A stretch of DNA of 38,000 nucleotides from Rotaria socialis. Lineage: Eukaryota. The DNA is taken from assembly GCA_905331295.1 (NCBI GenBank), contig CAJNYD010000100.1, positions 1 through 38,000 on the forward strand, read 5' to 3'. Position 1 is the first letter of the stretch. Every line of letters begins with the position of its first letter. Under the pieces are notes generated by a model. That model was not told the origin of the DNA, made no database searches, and worked only from the letters and a program-made list of their open reading frames with translations. The position numbers were made by a program, and so were the translations under genes. This document shows positions 11,980 through 25,621 of the stretch, in pieces.

Positions 11980-13859
11980 TGACTTTTTTTTCTAATCTAG
12001 AAAATGACTAAAAGAAGCATTAGCTTTTAACAGTAGAAATCTGATTGATTGTGATAACCGGAAATTCTTACATATTTCTTATTCCGTCTAATGACCATAA
12101 CGATAAAAAATTATGCTCATTCTGTCGTTATTTCTATGTCGAATATTATAATGATCCATCATCTAAATGGTAAATACTTTTTGCTTCATGTTCTTACCGA
12201 TAAGTATTAGAATCAAGCAGACGTATGATAATTGGCTGTTGTATAATTTATTTTTAATATGAAACTTTCTACTTTCATCATTTCGCTTAGTGCAGATTGA
12301 CAGAAACTCTCTCATTTCTTTCTTTTTTATGTGCCGGATATGTGCTCTTACTCACGTATGCTGTCATTAAAAGAGAATGTGGAAAAATAGCTTTATCAGC
12401 ATATCCACATTCTTTTCACTGACTGCCTTTTGAATTTTATTTGGTTCACTAAGTTTTCTCTAGATTATGCATCCTATATAGGAGAAAGTATAAATTTAGT
12501 TCAAATAAGCGAATGATGACTTTCTTTGTTGTGTTGCTTCTTTATGTATTATAAAATATCGTCATAGCAGAAGAGCAGAATATAAGCATCTATTCAATTG
12601 AATTTAAAAGATCGAGTAAGTGAAAAAAAGAAACAGAGAGAAAGAAAGAGCAAATCAACCATCTATACTTTAGTGGCACATAGCGTTCTGCTCTGATATA
12701 AAAAAATTTCAATTTGTCGATATGTTGATATTGTCCGTATGCTACTGTTCTATATAATTTGTTTTTCTTTTCAACTGTTCATAGAATTAGTAAAACATAC
12801 AGAAGAAAGCAGACGCACTTGGCTGCTTGTCTTCATCTCTAGTTACAGTGGATAGCGACATGAACAGCAGGAATAGATTAGAATACAAAATAAGAGATTG
12901 ATTAATCGTTTGATGGCACCGAATGCTACCTCATTCATTCTCTCCCCCCTCCCACCTAATGGATAATTGAAGAGCGAGAGAAAAGTAACAATGTCTTTAG
13001 GCTATTATACGCACACATACACACAAATAGGCATATTGTAAGTAAAAAACAAAATTCAGTATTAATATTCATAATGATATGTGACTACTGTTGTCAAACC
13101 ATTATTTTTATCACTAGGAAATGTCATCATTTGAATATAATCATTCAGTTTATGATCATACATTTTAATATACTTGTTTCATCCAATTGAGTTTCTGTTT
13201 CTCCATAGCCGTCTCTTTCTTTTTTCACTCTTCATCTGTTTATATTCGATCGAGTGTTAGAATACGAAATGAATTAATAAGTGACCAACTAGTACCGGCG
13301 ACCGTTCAATCATTCACAGACACGTCCGGTTATTATGTGCAGCACAACCAAACACGCGTGAACTTAATTGCTGCGATCATCTTCCGTCTAATTCACTTGC
13401 ATGCAGTACTACATATCCTGTTCGAAATGAAGAATAGACTGATGCTTCTCAAATATACGAAGAATATAGATTAATAGCTTTACTAGATGGGAAATACGAA
13501 CGAGAATAGTCGGGAAAATATAGTGTCTGCGTGAATGTGCATGCATACATATGCACGTTTCATTAATTCATTGTACCCTTGCGGCTTGGTGATGCATATG
13601 TGTTAAAGAAGAAAACAACACATCTACACTTGATTACTTCTTTGAAGGTTTTTCCTCCTACTCGTTCTCATCATTATGATTATCTTCTCTGTGAAACTAA
13701 TATGACAATAACAGGTTTCATCGTTGCCGTCGCCATTCTGTTGATCGACGACAACAGCAATGTCGATTAGTTTGCATGTAAGTTATTGAAAACAACAATA
13801 CACTTGATTGATTTTTTTATTATTCAATAGTATTATTATTATTATTACTTATTAATCAA

Positions 13860-16800
13860 ATGCCTGCTTGTTGCTCATGGTTAAGTCGGCCATTGTGTTG
13901 TCGACGAGAATCACAACACGCATATATCTATTTGTATACCCCAACGATGACCGGTTCATCATCGTCATCTTCTTCTTCTTGTCATGGTTGTCTTGTTTGT
14001 ATTCTATTTGGACTTTGCCTGGCCTTAGTTGTTACCCTAGCAGCTGTACTTATGTATCATTTAAATAGTACTGATTTCATAAAAACAAAATCTTCTGAAA
14101 TATGCACAACACATCCATTGACAAGAAAATTGCAATATCCGGATTTCGTTAATACCAAAATAGATCTATGTGAAAATTTTCATGCTTTTGTCTGCGACAA
14201 ATGGACACGACGAGAAGTCATAGAAAATTTCAACGATAAAGATGATTCTGAAGAGCAGTGGACACGTATGCAAAATGAAATTCATCAGAAGCTTATGGCA
14301 AATACAAATGGTCAATCTATACCAAACGAAAGTATGAATTAAAGTTTTTTATTTTTATAAAAAAGGCTCTCTGCTCATGTTCATCAGATAAACTTTTGAA
14401 GAGAAACTATTCAATAGAACTACTGAACAAATGTTAGATGTGAAGATATAACATGTAAACTATACATTTATATATGTTTCTAGACGATCACATCATCCCA
14501 TCTACTTATCGATTATATCAATTATGTGAAAATCAATCACCCTTAATATTACTCTATGAACTTGAACGTTATTTTGCTAATCTAAGCCATCAAGAACCAT
14601 ATCAGTCACATTTAACTCTCTTTAATCAAACAAAATTGACAAATAATTCATCAAAATCATTGTTTTTTCTTGATCCGAATCCATTTTTTAAAATTCTTCA
14701 CTCATCATCGAGTTCTTCAATTGTAACTCGAATTCATCATCGTCCATTGCCTTCAGCAATATTTATCTTTTCAAATATAACAATCTTAAATCAAACAGCA
14801 TTGAAACATTTAAAAAACTTTGATAATGATTATCGGAAATTTTTATCTGAAGAAAATATTTTAATTAAATCCTATGAACAAGAATATAGTCAAGATTCGT
14901 TGATTGTAAAACGAATATTATCTTTTACAAATTATGAACAATGTCTATCATCATCATCATCAAATCGAAGTAATGGTTTAGAAAAATTAATTCAATTATT
15001 AAATTATTTTCTTCATTCACGTTTACTTAAATTTAATACAAAATTAGTTGATCAACAAATTCGTATCTTAAATAAAATAACAGATAATCATACACTTGTT
15101 GAACGTCTTCAACGTATAAGAACAGACTTAAGAACAATTGAACAAATTGTTCTTATAAATAATACAAATACGTCATGTATTCTTAATTTACTGGATGAAC
15201 TACTTGATAAACGTATGAGATCAAACGAATTGCATTCAATGGTAGATCTCTATCTATCAAACAATACAACAGAAGATTTTATTTCAAACGATTGGCCTTA
15301 TTTATTTATGTTATATGATCGTTTATTAAAGAAAACTCCTTTAGATACTCTAATCAATTTTGCATTTTTCGATTATTATAGACAATATGTTTATCCATAT
15401 TATCAATCACATCTTAATCCTATTAATCCTATTAATATTAATCATTATAATGAACATTATGCTTATACATATCGAACAAATTATCCGAGTTTGTCGTGCC
15501 AAATAAAAACTTGTTTTGATATATTCAATTGTTATCATCCTTCTTTACTTAATCAATTAATTGAAATTCATAATCAGGTAGTTATAGACAGATGTAATGA
15601 ATTTTACTCTATTTTATGCATTCGAATTTCCCAGTGAGAGGCATTTTGTTTTTGATAAAGTATCGATTTAAAATTTACCTGTTGAAAATAGTGTTACTCA
15701 TACGGAATAGATTTAATATGAGTTAGGTTTTGACTTGAAAATTAGAAGTTCAATAGTCAATGTCTGTTTTTCTATTGATAGAATTATTCTATTCCTATGA
15801 GACAGTTTGTAAACCAAACAAACGATCAAAGACGAATTTAATTGACATAACGCTCTCGATCATCCAATATGAGAGTAGTAAAAATGCAATTGAGCTAGAA
15901 TTTCTTCATTAAAAATATTCGATAAGAATATTTATTTTATCCGACATAAATTATGTATACTATAGAAAAAAAGCAATTATTTACGTATTCATCTGTTCGT
16001 TTAACGTATTTACAAACACCTTATACAACGGGTGGCATATTGAGAATATTGCTGTTAACTTTTCAACTTTTGACTCGAATGTTTCCTTTTTTCTTTCGCA
16101 GAGAAGGACCTATACGATTTTCTATCAATGTCAAGTAAAAGAACTGCGAAGAAAAAAAAGATAACTGGAAAACCGGGATACTTCACTCAAATTTAATTCA
16201 TAGACAATTACTCAATACCAACTGTTAGACGCACCTGAATTCCTGTTAAATGCATACTTGAGCTAATTAAGCTAAACTTTTAAGACATGTCTGTAGTAAT
16301 ATTATACTACAAATATATGAAGACCGATAAAACGGTTTAAAGTCATCGGTCAGGTGATAGATTTTTTCGTAAGTCACATAAACAGATGTATAGAAATGTT
16401 TCTCTAGGCGATTATAAACAACAAGACATTAAGTTGAAACCTTGCTGGATTATACATATATACTAGTAGCTCGATGTAGCTTTTCGGTTTTCATAGATAA
16501 AAATACTTCTCATCACGTGTTTTTTTATATAGCAAAATGTTTTCGAGTTATTATTTGAAAAGAAACTAGGTCAAAATTGTAAATTTTGAGATCCATTTAC
16601 GGCCTTCATTATAGATAATAGGTGTTACGTAGTAAACTATTATTGTATTGTATAAGGTCAAATGAAACAATCATTGTGTCGATCAACGTGAAATAACTAC
16701 GCAGAAAATAAATATATTATTCAGCGTTTTACAATCGATATTCTAATTCAATAAATTAATAATTTTACTTTTAGACATTTCTCGATGATACCAAAACTTT

Positions 16801-17503
16801 AGTTGAAAATCTAATTAATCGTTTTCGATTATTAACTGATCAATCGGATAATTTATTTCTTAATGAAAAAAAGCAAATTCTTAATCAATTAAATAAAATT
16901 CAAATTCGTATTGGTCATTATTCTTCTCAACCTAATATTTCTCTATCAAATGATTTCTCATCGTATCTTGAATACGTTCAATTCTATTTAAGAATCCCGT
17001 ACGATAAACAAGAACATTCATATTATATTGAACCAATTTATTATCCATCAAATCAAATATTATATCTTCCTTTTGGCTTTCTTTCTCTATCAAACACTTC
17101 AATTGAATATCATATAATAAAAATTCTATTAAAAGTACTTCGTTTAACTATTCAATCAAATCCATATAATATTGAATGTTTATTAAAATCATCGGACGAT
17201 GAACATGATCCAATAAATACAACAAAATTATCTTCAAATGACGAATCTATTGCTTATCTATTATTACGTTCAAAATTTATAGCCGAACAACGATTAATTC
17301 TCGATGAATATTTGTGGCCTTTTACAAATGCTAATTCATTAATGAAAAATTTTCTTATTCATTATACAGCTAATCATTATTGTAGAAATTCAAATGGTCA
17401 TCATGCATATCTAAATAATACTTATCTTATTGATGATGTTCATTTGATTTTTCATTGTGAACAAGCTAGTTCAATTAGACAATCGAAATGTACCGTCAAT
17501 TAA
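13860..17503 (+). CDS. Neprilysin/ECE (peptidase M13)-like type II membrane protein, about 764 aa, probably catalytically inactive; exons 13860-14331, 14484-15577, 16775-17503
   Basis: Short Cys-rich cytoplasmic tail and a single TM (CLVCILFGLCLALVVTLAAVLMY). M13 signature DLCENFHAFVCDKW. Exon 3 gives LNKIQIRIGH, IEPIYYPSNQILYLPFGFL (cf. VNAFY...IVFPAGIL) and C-terminal FHC...KCTVN (cf. FxC...KCxVW). Junction phases 1 and 0 are compatible. No HExxH found. Confidence 0.8.
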
Positions 17504-18813
17504 CTTTCTTTCTGCCTTTTTTTTTAAAATTTTATGTATTTATTAACAAAATCAACAGTTTATTACAATAAATTTCGACACAAAGAAAAATATAAAAGAA
17601 TGTCTTCTCGAATTTTATGTGTTACACACAGATCGAATATGATTAACATTTGAATTCCAATGAAAGTTGGATGATATGTCAATGCAACATTATATTGTTG
17701 AATTGATAGATAATATAACCATCAGCCGTCAAGGCATAGGATGCAATTGTTCAAGTTGTAAGTTTTTCAACTGTATTAAAATCAAGACAATCATCGTCTT
17801 TGATTAATGATGTTGCATTTGTTGTTGAGTCCAATGAGAAAAGTATTTCTTCAAATGGACGAGAGTTTATGTTCATAGTATTGATAAATGTAACAATGTT
17901 CCGAGAGTAAACTACCATTGTCATATTGCGTTGAATTAATGAATTAGTATAATAGATAAGCATTACGTATGCTCATGATATAGAGAGCGTTTGTAACTGC
18001 GCAGCATCGTGCGCCGAGTACGATTATGTATAATGTGATCTATCCTGTGAAAAAGTGCATCGTCGTTGTCCTCTTCATATTCAAAAGAGAAACATGACAA
18101 GGAAAACCCCGCAATAGTACTTTGTGCTCTTCTTGTTTTCATGTGACCTATGCGCGAGACTGCATGATCGAAGAAAAAAAGCAATTCTGTTACATCTCTT
18201 CGTGTACTTTTGACTCGTTTTCTTTTTGTTCTTCGCCGTCGTTACAAAAAAAGCAGCACGTGGATAATATTAACTAAAAGGAATTTTTATTTCGATCACG
18301 CGGGCGACGTGTGTGAAGTTTTAGTGAACATCGCAATAAAGACTTTGCAACAAAAGTCATTTGGATATATATTGCTTCATAATAGATATTATCTAATGTG
18401 GAGATTTATTTAAATAAAAACAGAGAGTCAACATTTTATGTCGAATGAATAGTCATACAAAAGTATGCAAAAGCAAACGAGTAAAATGTCATCGACGCGA
18501 AACGTAAAATTTTCGTAGTGTTCTGTTCATGCAATTAGTCTCAATTTAAATGAGACTTCATCAATTTACGTAGCATGATACTTTTCAATACCTTGCAAAA
18601 TAAAAAAGAAAACACTTATGTCTAATCAGTATCTATGAAAAATGAATAATTATAAAATTGAACTTGAAGCACAAGCTTCTCTTTTACCTCGAACCAAAAC
18701 ATCAGTTGTCATAAGTACATGTGTATCATTATTATGAAGCTCCTCTTTCATAGTAGCATCACGTTCTTATTGTTTCATATCATCGTGCATCGATAAAGTA
18801 GTAACATGAGCTT

Positions 18814-19078
18814 CCCTAGTCAACTCTCACTAGAAGAATCCCTAGGGAGTCTCCAGGGATTTCGTTCTTTTGCGGGGACTCCCCAGGGAGTTGTCTGGGG
18901 AAAATGGATGAAATATCTAATTACTAATAAATTCTTCTTAATTTTTTAAAATTAAAATTTTTTTATTTTATTTTAAAAAATCTCATCAATTCTCCCCAGA
19001 GAAATCCCACAAATAAAAGTCCCCGGGGATTCACGACAGGGACTCCGCAGGAAGTCTTCGGGGGAGAGTAGATTAGGA
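18814..19078. mobile_element. CMC/EnSpm-like MITE, about 265 bp
   Basis: Imperfect TIR CCCTAGTCAACTCTC / GAGAGTAGATTAGGA, TT on both flanks (2-bp TSD), GC-rich subterminal CCCC/GGGG palindromic repeats around an AT-rich core. Confidence 0.65.
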
Positions 19079-19198
19079 TTCACTTATTTTTTTCTCTCCA
19101 TTAACCAATTTACTTTACGTTCAGTATTAAAAGAAATTGTTTTATACTTTCAAGTGTTAACTCATAATGTTCAACTAACATGCGAATAGGATCGGTTA

Positions 19199-19529
19199 CA
19201 AGGGGGAAAAGGCGGATTTGGGATTTTGGAATATTAAAAATCCAAAACGTGAATGATGGAATTTCCATCTGAATTTTTTCCATGTGTAAGTCTCATGATC
19301 CTTAGAATATTTTAAAATTTTCAGCGCAAACAGAAATCCAGTTTTTTTGAAAATTCAATATTTTAAGAAGGGAACATCTGTTCGAGTTGAAACTTTTAGG
19401 ATCTTTTATGGATCATGAAACCCAAATATGCGAAGAATTTCAGCTCGTAACTACGTCATTCACAGAAGGAAAAACGCTTTTCAATTTATGGAATTTTCAA
19501 AATCCCAAAAATCCGCCTTTTCCCCCTTG
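19199..19529. mobile_element. P-element-like (or hAT) MITE, 331 bp
   Basis: 21-bp perfect TIR CAAGGGGGAAAAGGCGGATTT, extending imperfectly. 8-bp TSD ATCGGTTA (19191-19198) / ATCGGTCA (19530-19537) with one mismatch. CAAGG termini with an 8-bp TSD fit the P superfamily. Confidence 0.88.
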
Positions 19530-19789
19530 ATCGGTCATAAAATTCGATGTGCAAGATGATGAAAAACATCATAGATTTGTTCTTTGAAACAAAGATTACG
19601 CATTTTTATATGACACGCTCCTAAAACAAGATGCTACGAATTGAGGAATTCGATTCAAGTAGACTAATTGAATGTTTTTCTTTCTTCATTGTGTATTTCT
19701 TTTCTATGATAATAACAAAATCTACTGTTATACTACGCTAGAATATTCTCTTTGATTAAATAATAAACGTAAGAAATTTCAGCGTAAAA

Positions 19790-20357
19790 TTTATTTTTCA
19801 TAATCAAGACCAGACTGCGGTATTTTTTATTTCCACTGAAATAACGCAGAAATTTCGAAGATAAGATCTTATAATGCACTTCAACTTCTCAAGCATAAGT
19901 CAAGACGACAGTACTTCATCATAGGATTTATAAATTTCGCATTATTTTCATATCGTAGAAATTATCGATTACACATATCATTCATTGTTCCTGGTGTGCT
20001 AGTAACACTGCGTTGTCCATTCGAAAGTTTTCTCACATATTTGTTCCATCAATACAAACACGAGATTTTAAATTCATCAAATCTCGTCTAGCTAAAACAA
20101 CATTTTGTATTTGTCTTGTACTAGTATCTAGTCTTTTGTAATACTGATATTGAAAAGATAATCGTTTTACTAGTACCTTATTGTACTTGAGCAATGGCAT
20201 CACGATCATTTATGATCGCCCGAATATTAGGCTGTTGAATAGCTGATCGTTTTTTTTTCAAAACCAGATCAATAAATACCATGAATAAGATTTTCATTTA
20301 AATTCATGGTATTAAATCTTCACTGGTTATGAATTCAATTGAATGTAAATCATAACC
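19790..20357 (-). pseudogene. EIF4A3: Decayed eIF4A-III (DDX48)-like DEAD-box helicase pseudogene, N-terminal RecA domain
   Basis: Minus-strand translation across frameshifts and stops: DLHSIEFITSED / FNTMNLNENLIHGIY*SGFEK / RSAIQQPNIRAIINDRDAIAQVQ*GTSKTIIFSISVLQK / LDTSTRQIQNVVLARRDL / MNLKSRVCIDGTNM*EN / GQRSVTSTPGTMNDM. This is collinear with eIF4A3 VEFETSEE..FDTMGL..GIYAYGFEKPSAIQQ..GTGKTATFSISVLQ..CIGGTN..GTPG. The lower boundary is approximate. Confidence 0.85.
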
Positions 20358-20576
20358 GGTTTCTATATTTTTCTGGATGGTTAGAAAGAGTTGATATTTT
20401 TATTGAAATACCGGATATATTTTTCGCGCTGATCGGCAATAATCAATTTGTTAAGAATGAAAGACAATTCTCTCGTGTGACATCTACTTTCTTGTGATTG
20501 GACCTTGTTGATTTGAAATTATGAGCCAACCAGATGTCAGCTTTCCAATTAAGCATACTGTTCATTTTGTTACGAA

Positions 20577-23500
20577 ATGGCTGACAATGACGATCAAGAA
20601 AATTTATCAAGTTCCAGTGATGAAGATGATTCAACGACAAGTTCATCAAGCACATCAACGGAAGAAGAAGAAGACGACGACGACGACGATGATGATGATG
20701 ATGAAGAACAAGTGGAAGAAGAGTCAAATGATAATTTGACAACGTTAACTCCAAAACAATCGTATTTATTGCTTGAAACAAAACGAAAAACTCTCGGAAA
20801 ACGTTTATTAGAATTACGTGATGAATTAAAAGCACAACCACAAGCTGACATTGATATAAAAAAGCGTTTATTAACTGAAATTAAAAATTTACGTGAAAAA
20901 TGGATTGCTGTACAAACTCGTTTGACTAATCTTAAAGCAAGACTTAGTCATAGTCCAACACCTGAACGTGAAATAATTCAAAAACCACCAATAAAAAAAA
21001 CAGAAGAGCCTGCTCAACCTGAAGCGAGAGTCATTCCACCACCACGTGTAAGAACAACCTATAGTTCATCAAGTCGATCGAGATCTTCATCAAGTGATTC
21101 AATGTAATAAATAAATTTTTGAAATGACTTCGTCATTTTTCATTGCATTTTCTTTTATTGTAGACGATCAAATAAAAAACCTTACCATGATTTAGATGCA
21201 TTAGATGAAATTGGCGATTCGAAAACTCGTGATATACTATCATCTCGAACTACAACATCCTATCGAGATCTTATCGATGAATATTCAGCATCGCCAAGTC
21301 CACCAGCATCACCAGATCCAGATCAAATTCCTTTAGTGAGTGCGTATTCAAGTCAGTCGAAAGTATTCAGTGAAAATATTCAAGAACAACAAGAAGAACC
21401 GATTGTTGATTCGAAAGAAAAATTCTATAATCAAGCTATTCCATATCCAGTTATTAATGATAAACGTGATCTTGAACTCATAAATCGTCAATTAAAAAAT
21501 CAATTACGTGAATTAGAAGCAAGTAAAAATAATCCATTATATGATCCACAATCAAATCTAATGAATTATGAAAGATTAAAAAAACAAAATGAATATATTA
21601 ATTTAAGAATTCGAATTGAAAAATTAAAAAGAACTAAAGCAAAAACACAGCGTGAAAAAGAACAAAGTAAAAAACAATTTCACACACTTCTACAAGTATG
21701 TTCTATTGAAACAAAATATAAATAAGATAAAAATGACATTTACTTTTCAAAGGAATTTCGTAAACTTCAACGTTCTATGCGAGCAGCTAATCGAGATTAT
21801 TCGCATAATCAATTTTTTACAATTAATCCAGAAAATTTTGCTTCATTTATACCTCTACCACCATCGCCACCACCACCACCACTGCAACCAGAAGTCAACA
21901 AACAATATCAACAAGAAGAATTTCAATTGCCACCATATGATTTTAATAAAGTTACGGGAAAGAAAACTGTTTTCGAATCATCCGATTCCGAAGAAGAAGA
22001 TGAAGAACGATCGTCGGAACCGCAAGTTCCAGTGTCATTATCTGCCAGTGAACCACGCGCTGTGCCAGATGGTTTCGATCAAAATCAGCCACCTCCAGTA
22101 CCAATGCCATCAAGTTCTTCTTCATCAGCTACACTTGATGCAATTAAAACTCGCTTTGCTAATTTATTAAATGCACCAAGTTCTTCATCATCGCAAATAA
22201 ATGAACCGACTACAACTACTCAAGTCGTTCATAAGAAAGATGATGATGATGACGACGACGATGATGATGATGATAGTCAACCAGTAATTCATGCACAAAG
22301 AAATCAAGCTGTATCAGCAAAATTTAATCGAAGACGAAGAAAAGCTAAAAGAAATAAACATAAGAAAAAGAATAATAATACACAAGCAACACAACAAACA
22401 CCAAATGAGAATGAATCAGCAGTTTTCGATCAGGAAGAAGCATGGAAACGCTATGTTGCCATGCAATTACAATTCAGTTTTTTACAACGGTCAAATCCTA
22501 TTTTACGTGCATTAACAGCTGAAGCACATAAAAAGTTAGGTATCACTGAAGATGAAGTTAATGGTAAGTTAGATTTATGATTAATTTCTATTAAATTGAA
22601 CTTTGAAGTCAACAAAATACTTATGCGTCTTCTGATAGTTTCTTAAATTACGTAGAGATGTATTCCTAATTAAGATTTTAAACGAGATTTCTTTTGTTCT
22701 TATTTTATTAAGACTTTCAATTCGATGATGAAATGATGGATTATGAAACTGCACTTATTTTACAGCAACAACAAGAATTTTTAGCTGCTGCTGCTGCTAA
22801 TCCATTTAATGTTTTACATAATGCTGCTGTTGGTAGTTCATCATCAAGGCCTAATCTAGTTGATGTACTATCAAATTTAAATGGTGGTAAAACACCATCA
22901 TCATCTGAACCTCAGACACCTATGGGATTATTACAAAAATTCTTTCTCGATGCAAATAATAATCACAATGCTGAACCTCGTAGAAATCTCAATCTTAACG
23001 ATTCAGCAATAACTCCACCTACTCCACCATCACCACGTGATATTTCTCTCGGCAAGAAAATTGTCAAATCATTAACAAATCAAGATATAAATGCTCTACT
23101 TAAACTAAGTGGAAGTGAACATGATGATGATGATGATTACGACGATGATAATAATCCATCGCTTGACGGTGATACTGATGATGATACGAATAATTTTTCT
23201 ATTGATGACGATTCAAATGATATACCTAATGGTAATTATAATAATAATAATAAAGATTATGAACAATGGGTACGTCCAACACCAAATTCATCACGGTCAA
23301 CGCAATCATCTGGTATACACAATAAAAAATTAACTGTGGAAACATTGATATTACCAAGTTTTAATCGCTGTACACATTTGGGTAAATCAACAAAACGATC
23401 GGCTGGCGTGGAACGTATGTTTCCATCGTTTTCAAAACATAATACTGGTCCATCATCAACACTTAGTGTAATTCTTTACGGATTATCATCAACGCCTTAA
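20577..23500 (+). CDS. Uncharacterised acidic/Ser/Pro-rich coiled-coil protein, about 885 aa; exons 20577-21103, 21164-21695, 21753-22563, 22713-23500
   Basis: Four ORF-track segments join in frame through GT-AG introns of 60, 57 and 149 nt (2658 nt total). Poly-D/E and poly-S tracts, two coiled-coil segments, basic NLS-like RRRRKAKRNKHKKK. Confidence 0.85.
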
Positions 23501-24206
23501 AGAATCATGATGTATCGTGTTTTGTTTTGTTCGCGTATTATTGATAAATGTTTTGTTAACTAATAGATTTTGGTTCTTTTTTCTTTTTTTTGTATCTAAA
23601 TGTATGTATTGTCAGCTATGTTTCCTTGTTTTTCAGATGTATATCAGCCACGATAGTGTAATTTTATGATTATCTGATATTACTCACATCAATTAAGTAA
23701 GTTTACAGTTAAAAACGAATCATTATTAATTTTCTTTAGATGATTTACTTGAGATCGTAACAGGTTGTTTTTAACAGAAAGAAAATAGTGAATGATCGAG
23801 TGTTGTTAACTAATTCTCCTGAGAAAATTCTTTTAAAATATCAAGGAAATCATCCGATTGATAAATCAATTTTGAGTTATGACCAAATACATTGTGTAGT
23901 CTCAAATGATCAATGAATGCTTTGGGGGAAAATGAAGAGCTGAATTTTTGCAGAGTTGTTTATGTGTACAAAGAGTTTAAAAGGCGAAATTTAAAAAAAA
24001 ATTAGTTTTCTCTTTTCTCGGAGTTTCCAAAGCTTAAATCGGAACTATATAATTCACTTATTCTCGACTGTAAAGCAGTTTCATTAATTGAATGAGTTAA
24101 GTTGTTAACAAAACTTGATCGTGTCCTTACCGAAGATTTTTCTCAAAAAATATGAGAAAGTAAAACTTGAATTATTCATAGAAAATTTGTTCTTTTTGCT
24201 TACAGT

Positions 24207-25621
24207 ATGATATCCACTACTGTCATGATTGAAACTTCTACTACTGCAAATGGTCAAATTTTATCAGCAAAGAATAATCTAAGCGAACTTTATTCAACAT
24301 ATAAAAATCAACCATCATCACCAACTATTTCTCGTTCACCATCATTGTCATCAATACATTCTTCTTCTTCATCATCATCATCATCATCTTCATCTTGTTC
24401 ATCAAATAAAGCTAATACAAATTTAGCTCTAAACAAAATAGATTCTAGTTCATCGATATCTTCCAATCAGCGTAAAGAATCAATATCAAAACTTCCATAT
24501 CCCGTTTTATCTGACCATCGTGATCCATCATCCATACTTGTTCTATTACAAAAAGAAACTCACACAACCTCAAAAAAGATTTCTAGTGTGATTAAACAAA
24601 TCGAAAACTATGAACAACGTTTAACACTAAATATTTATACCGAAAATGAAAAGAAAACGTTTAAGTATGAACGTGCTAAATTAAAACAACAACTAGATGC
24701 GCTAAAAAAACATGAACGTCGTGTTAGTTTACAAATTGATTTTATCACAACAAAAACAGAAATAAAAGGTTTAGAAGATGAACAAAAACAAAATAAGAAC
24801 AATCAAAATTCAGATGAAATTCAACAATTTAAAATTCTATTGGGAAAATTAAAACAAAAGTTAGATAAAATGAAAATTTATATGAGAACAAGAAATGAAC
24901 AAATGAAAAAGATTTGTAATTCTAAAGAACATGTAACTAATTCAAATAATAATCGAAAACCATCATTATCATCTAGTCAAAAACAACATTTGTATTCATC
25001 ATCAACAAAAGATTTGGTAATATTTTATATCTATTTGAAATTTCACTTAGATCTTATTCGAATTTTTCTGATTACCGTGGTAGGATCGAAAACGTCCTTC
25101 AACGTCAGTAAATAATCATCCATCGAACAAACGTTTAAAACCAACAGTACCTGTCGTTCGTTTAGCATCGCGTGCAACGAGTCATGATTCAAAAAAGCAT
25201 TCAAAACCACCACCACCGATTGTACGTTTTGTTAATAAAACATCGAATTCAACAAGTACAACAATGCATTCAACATCTCCGACAACACCAGCTTCATCAT
25301 CATCGACTCTGTCACCACCTGTAATTGCAAGCAGAAGTCGTGGTGATACAAATAGTACTGAGATTTCTCTAGAACAAGTAATCAATGTTGAAAAAAATAA
25401 AAGAAATCAATTTTGTTTTTTGAAATTTCTTCTTCTGTCTACTTCAGAATGAACTACCATCGGTTGATGATGACGATGACCTTGATCTCGAGCTTGACAT
25501 GGATGAATTATTTGATGATGATTCACGTTCACAGCAAACTCTAGAAAGATTAAAAGCCGAAAAAAATGTCAACTACAAGTCAAACGGAAGTCTTCAAAAA
25601 CAGAACTTCAATAGAAAATGA
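24207..25621 (+). CDS. Uncharacterised Ser-rich coiled-coil protein, about 425 aa; exons 24207-25016, 25084-25377, 25448-25621
   Basis: Two phase-0 GT-AG introns join the segments in frame (1278 nt). Central heptad-rich region (ERAKLKQQLDALKKHERR...KLKQKLDKMK), NLS-like RKRPS..KRLK, acidic DDDDLDLELDMDELF near the C-terminus. Confidence 0.85.

Noticed and set aside
13187..13770. ORFs of 95 and 63 aa upstream of the M13 gene
   Set aside because: Non-ATG starts and no recognisable motifs; more likely promoter or UTR sequence.
20443..23333. Poly-His, poly-Met and poly-Ser ORFs in other frames
   Set aside because: Frame-shifted or antisense readings of the GAT/GAC/TCA/CCA tracts of the 20577 gene.
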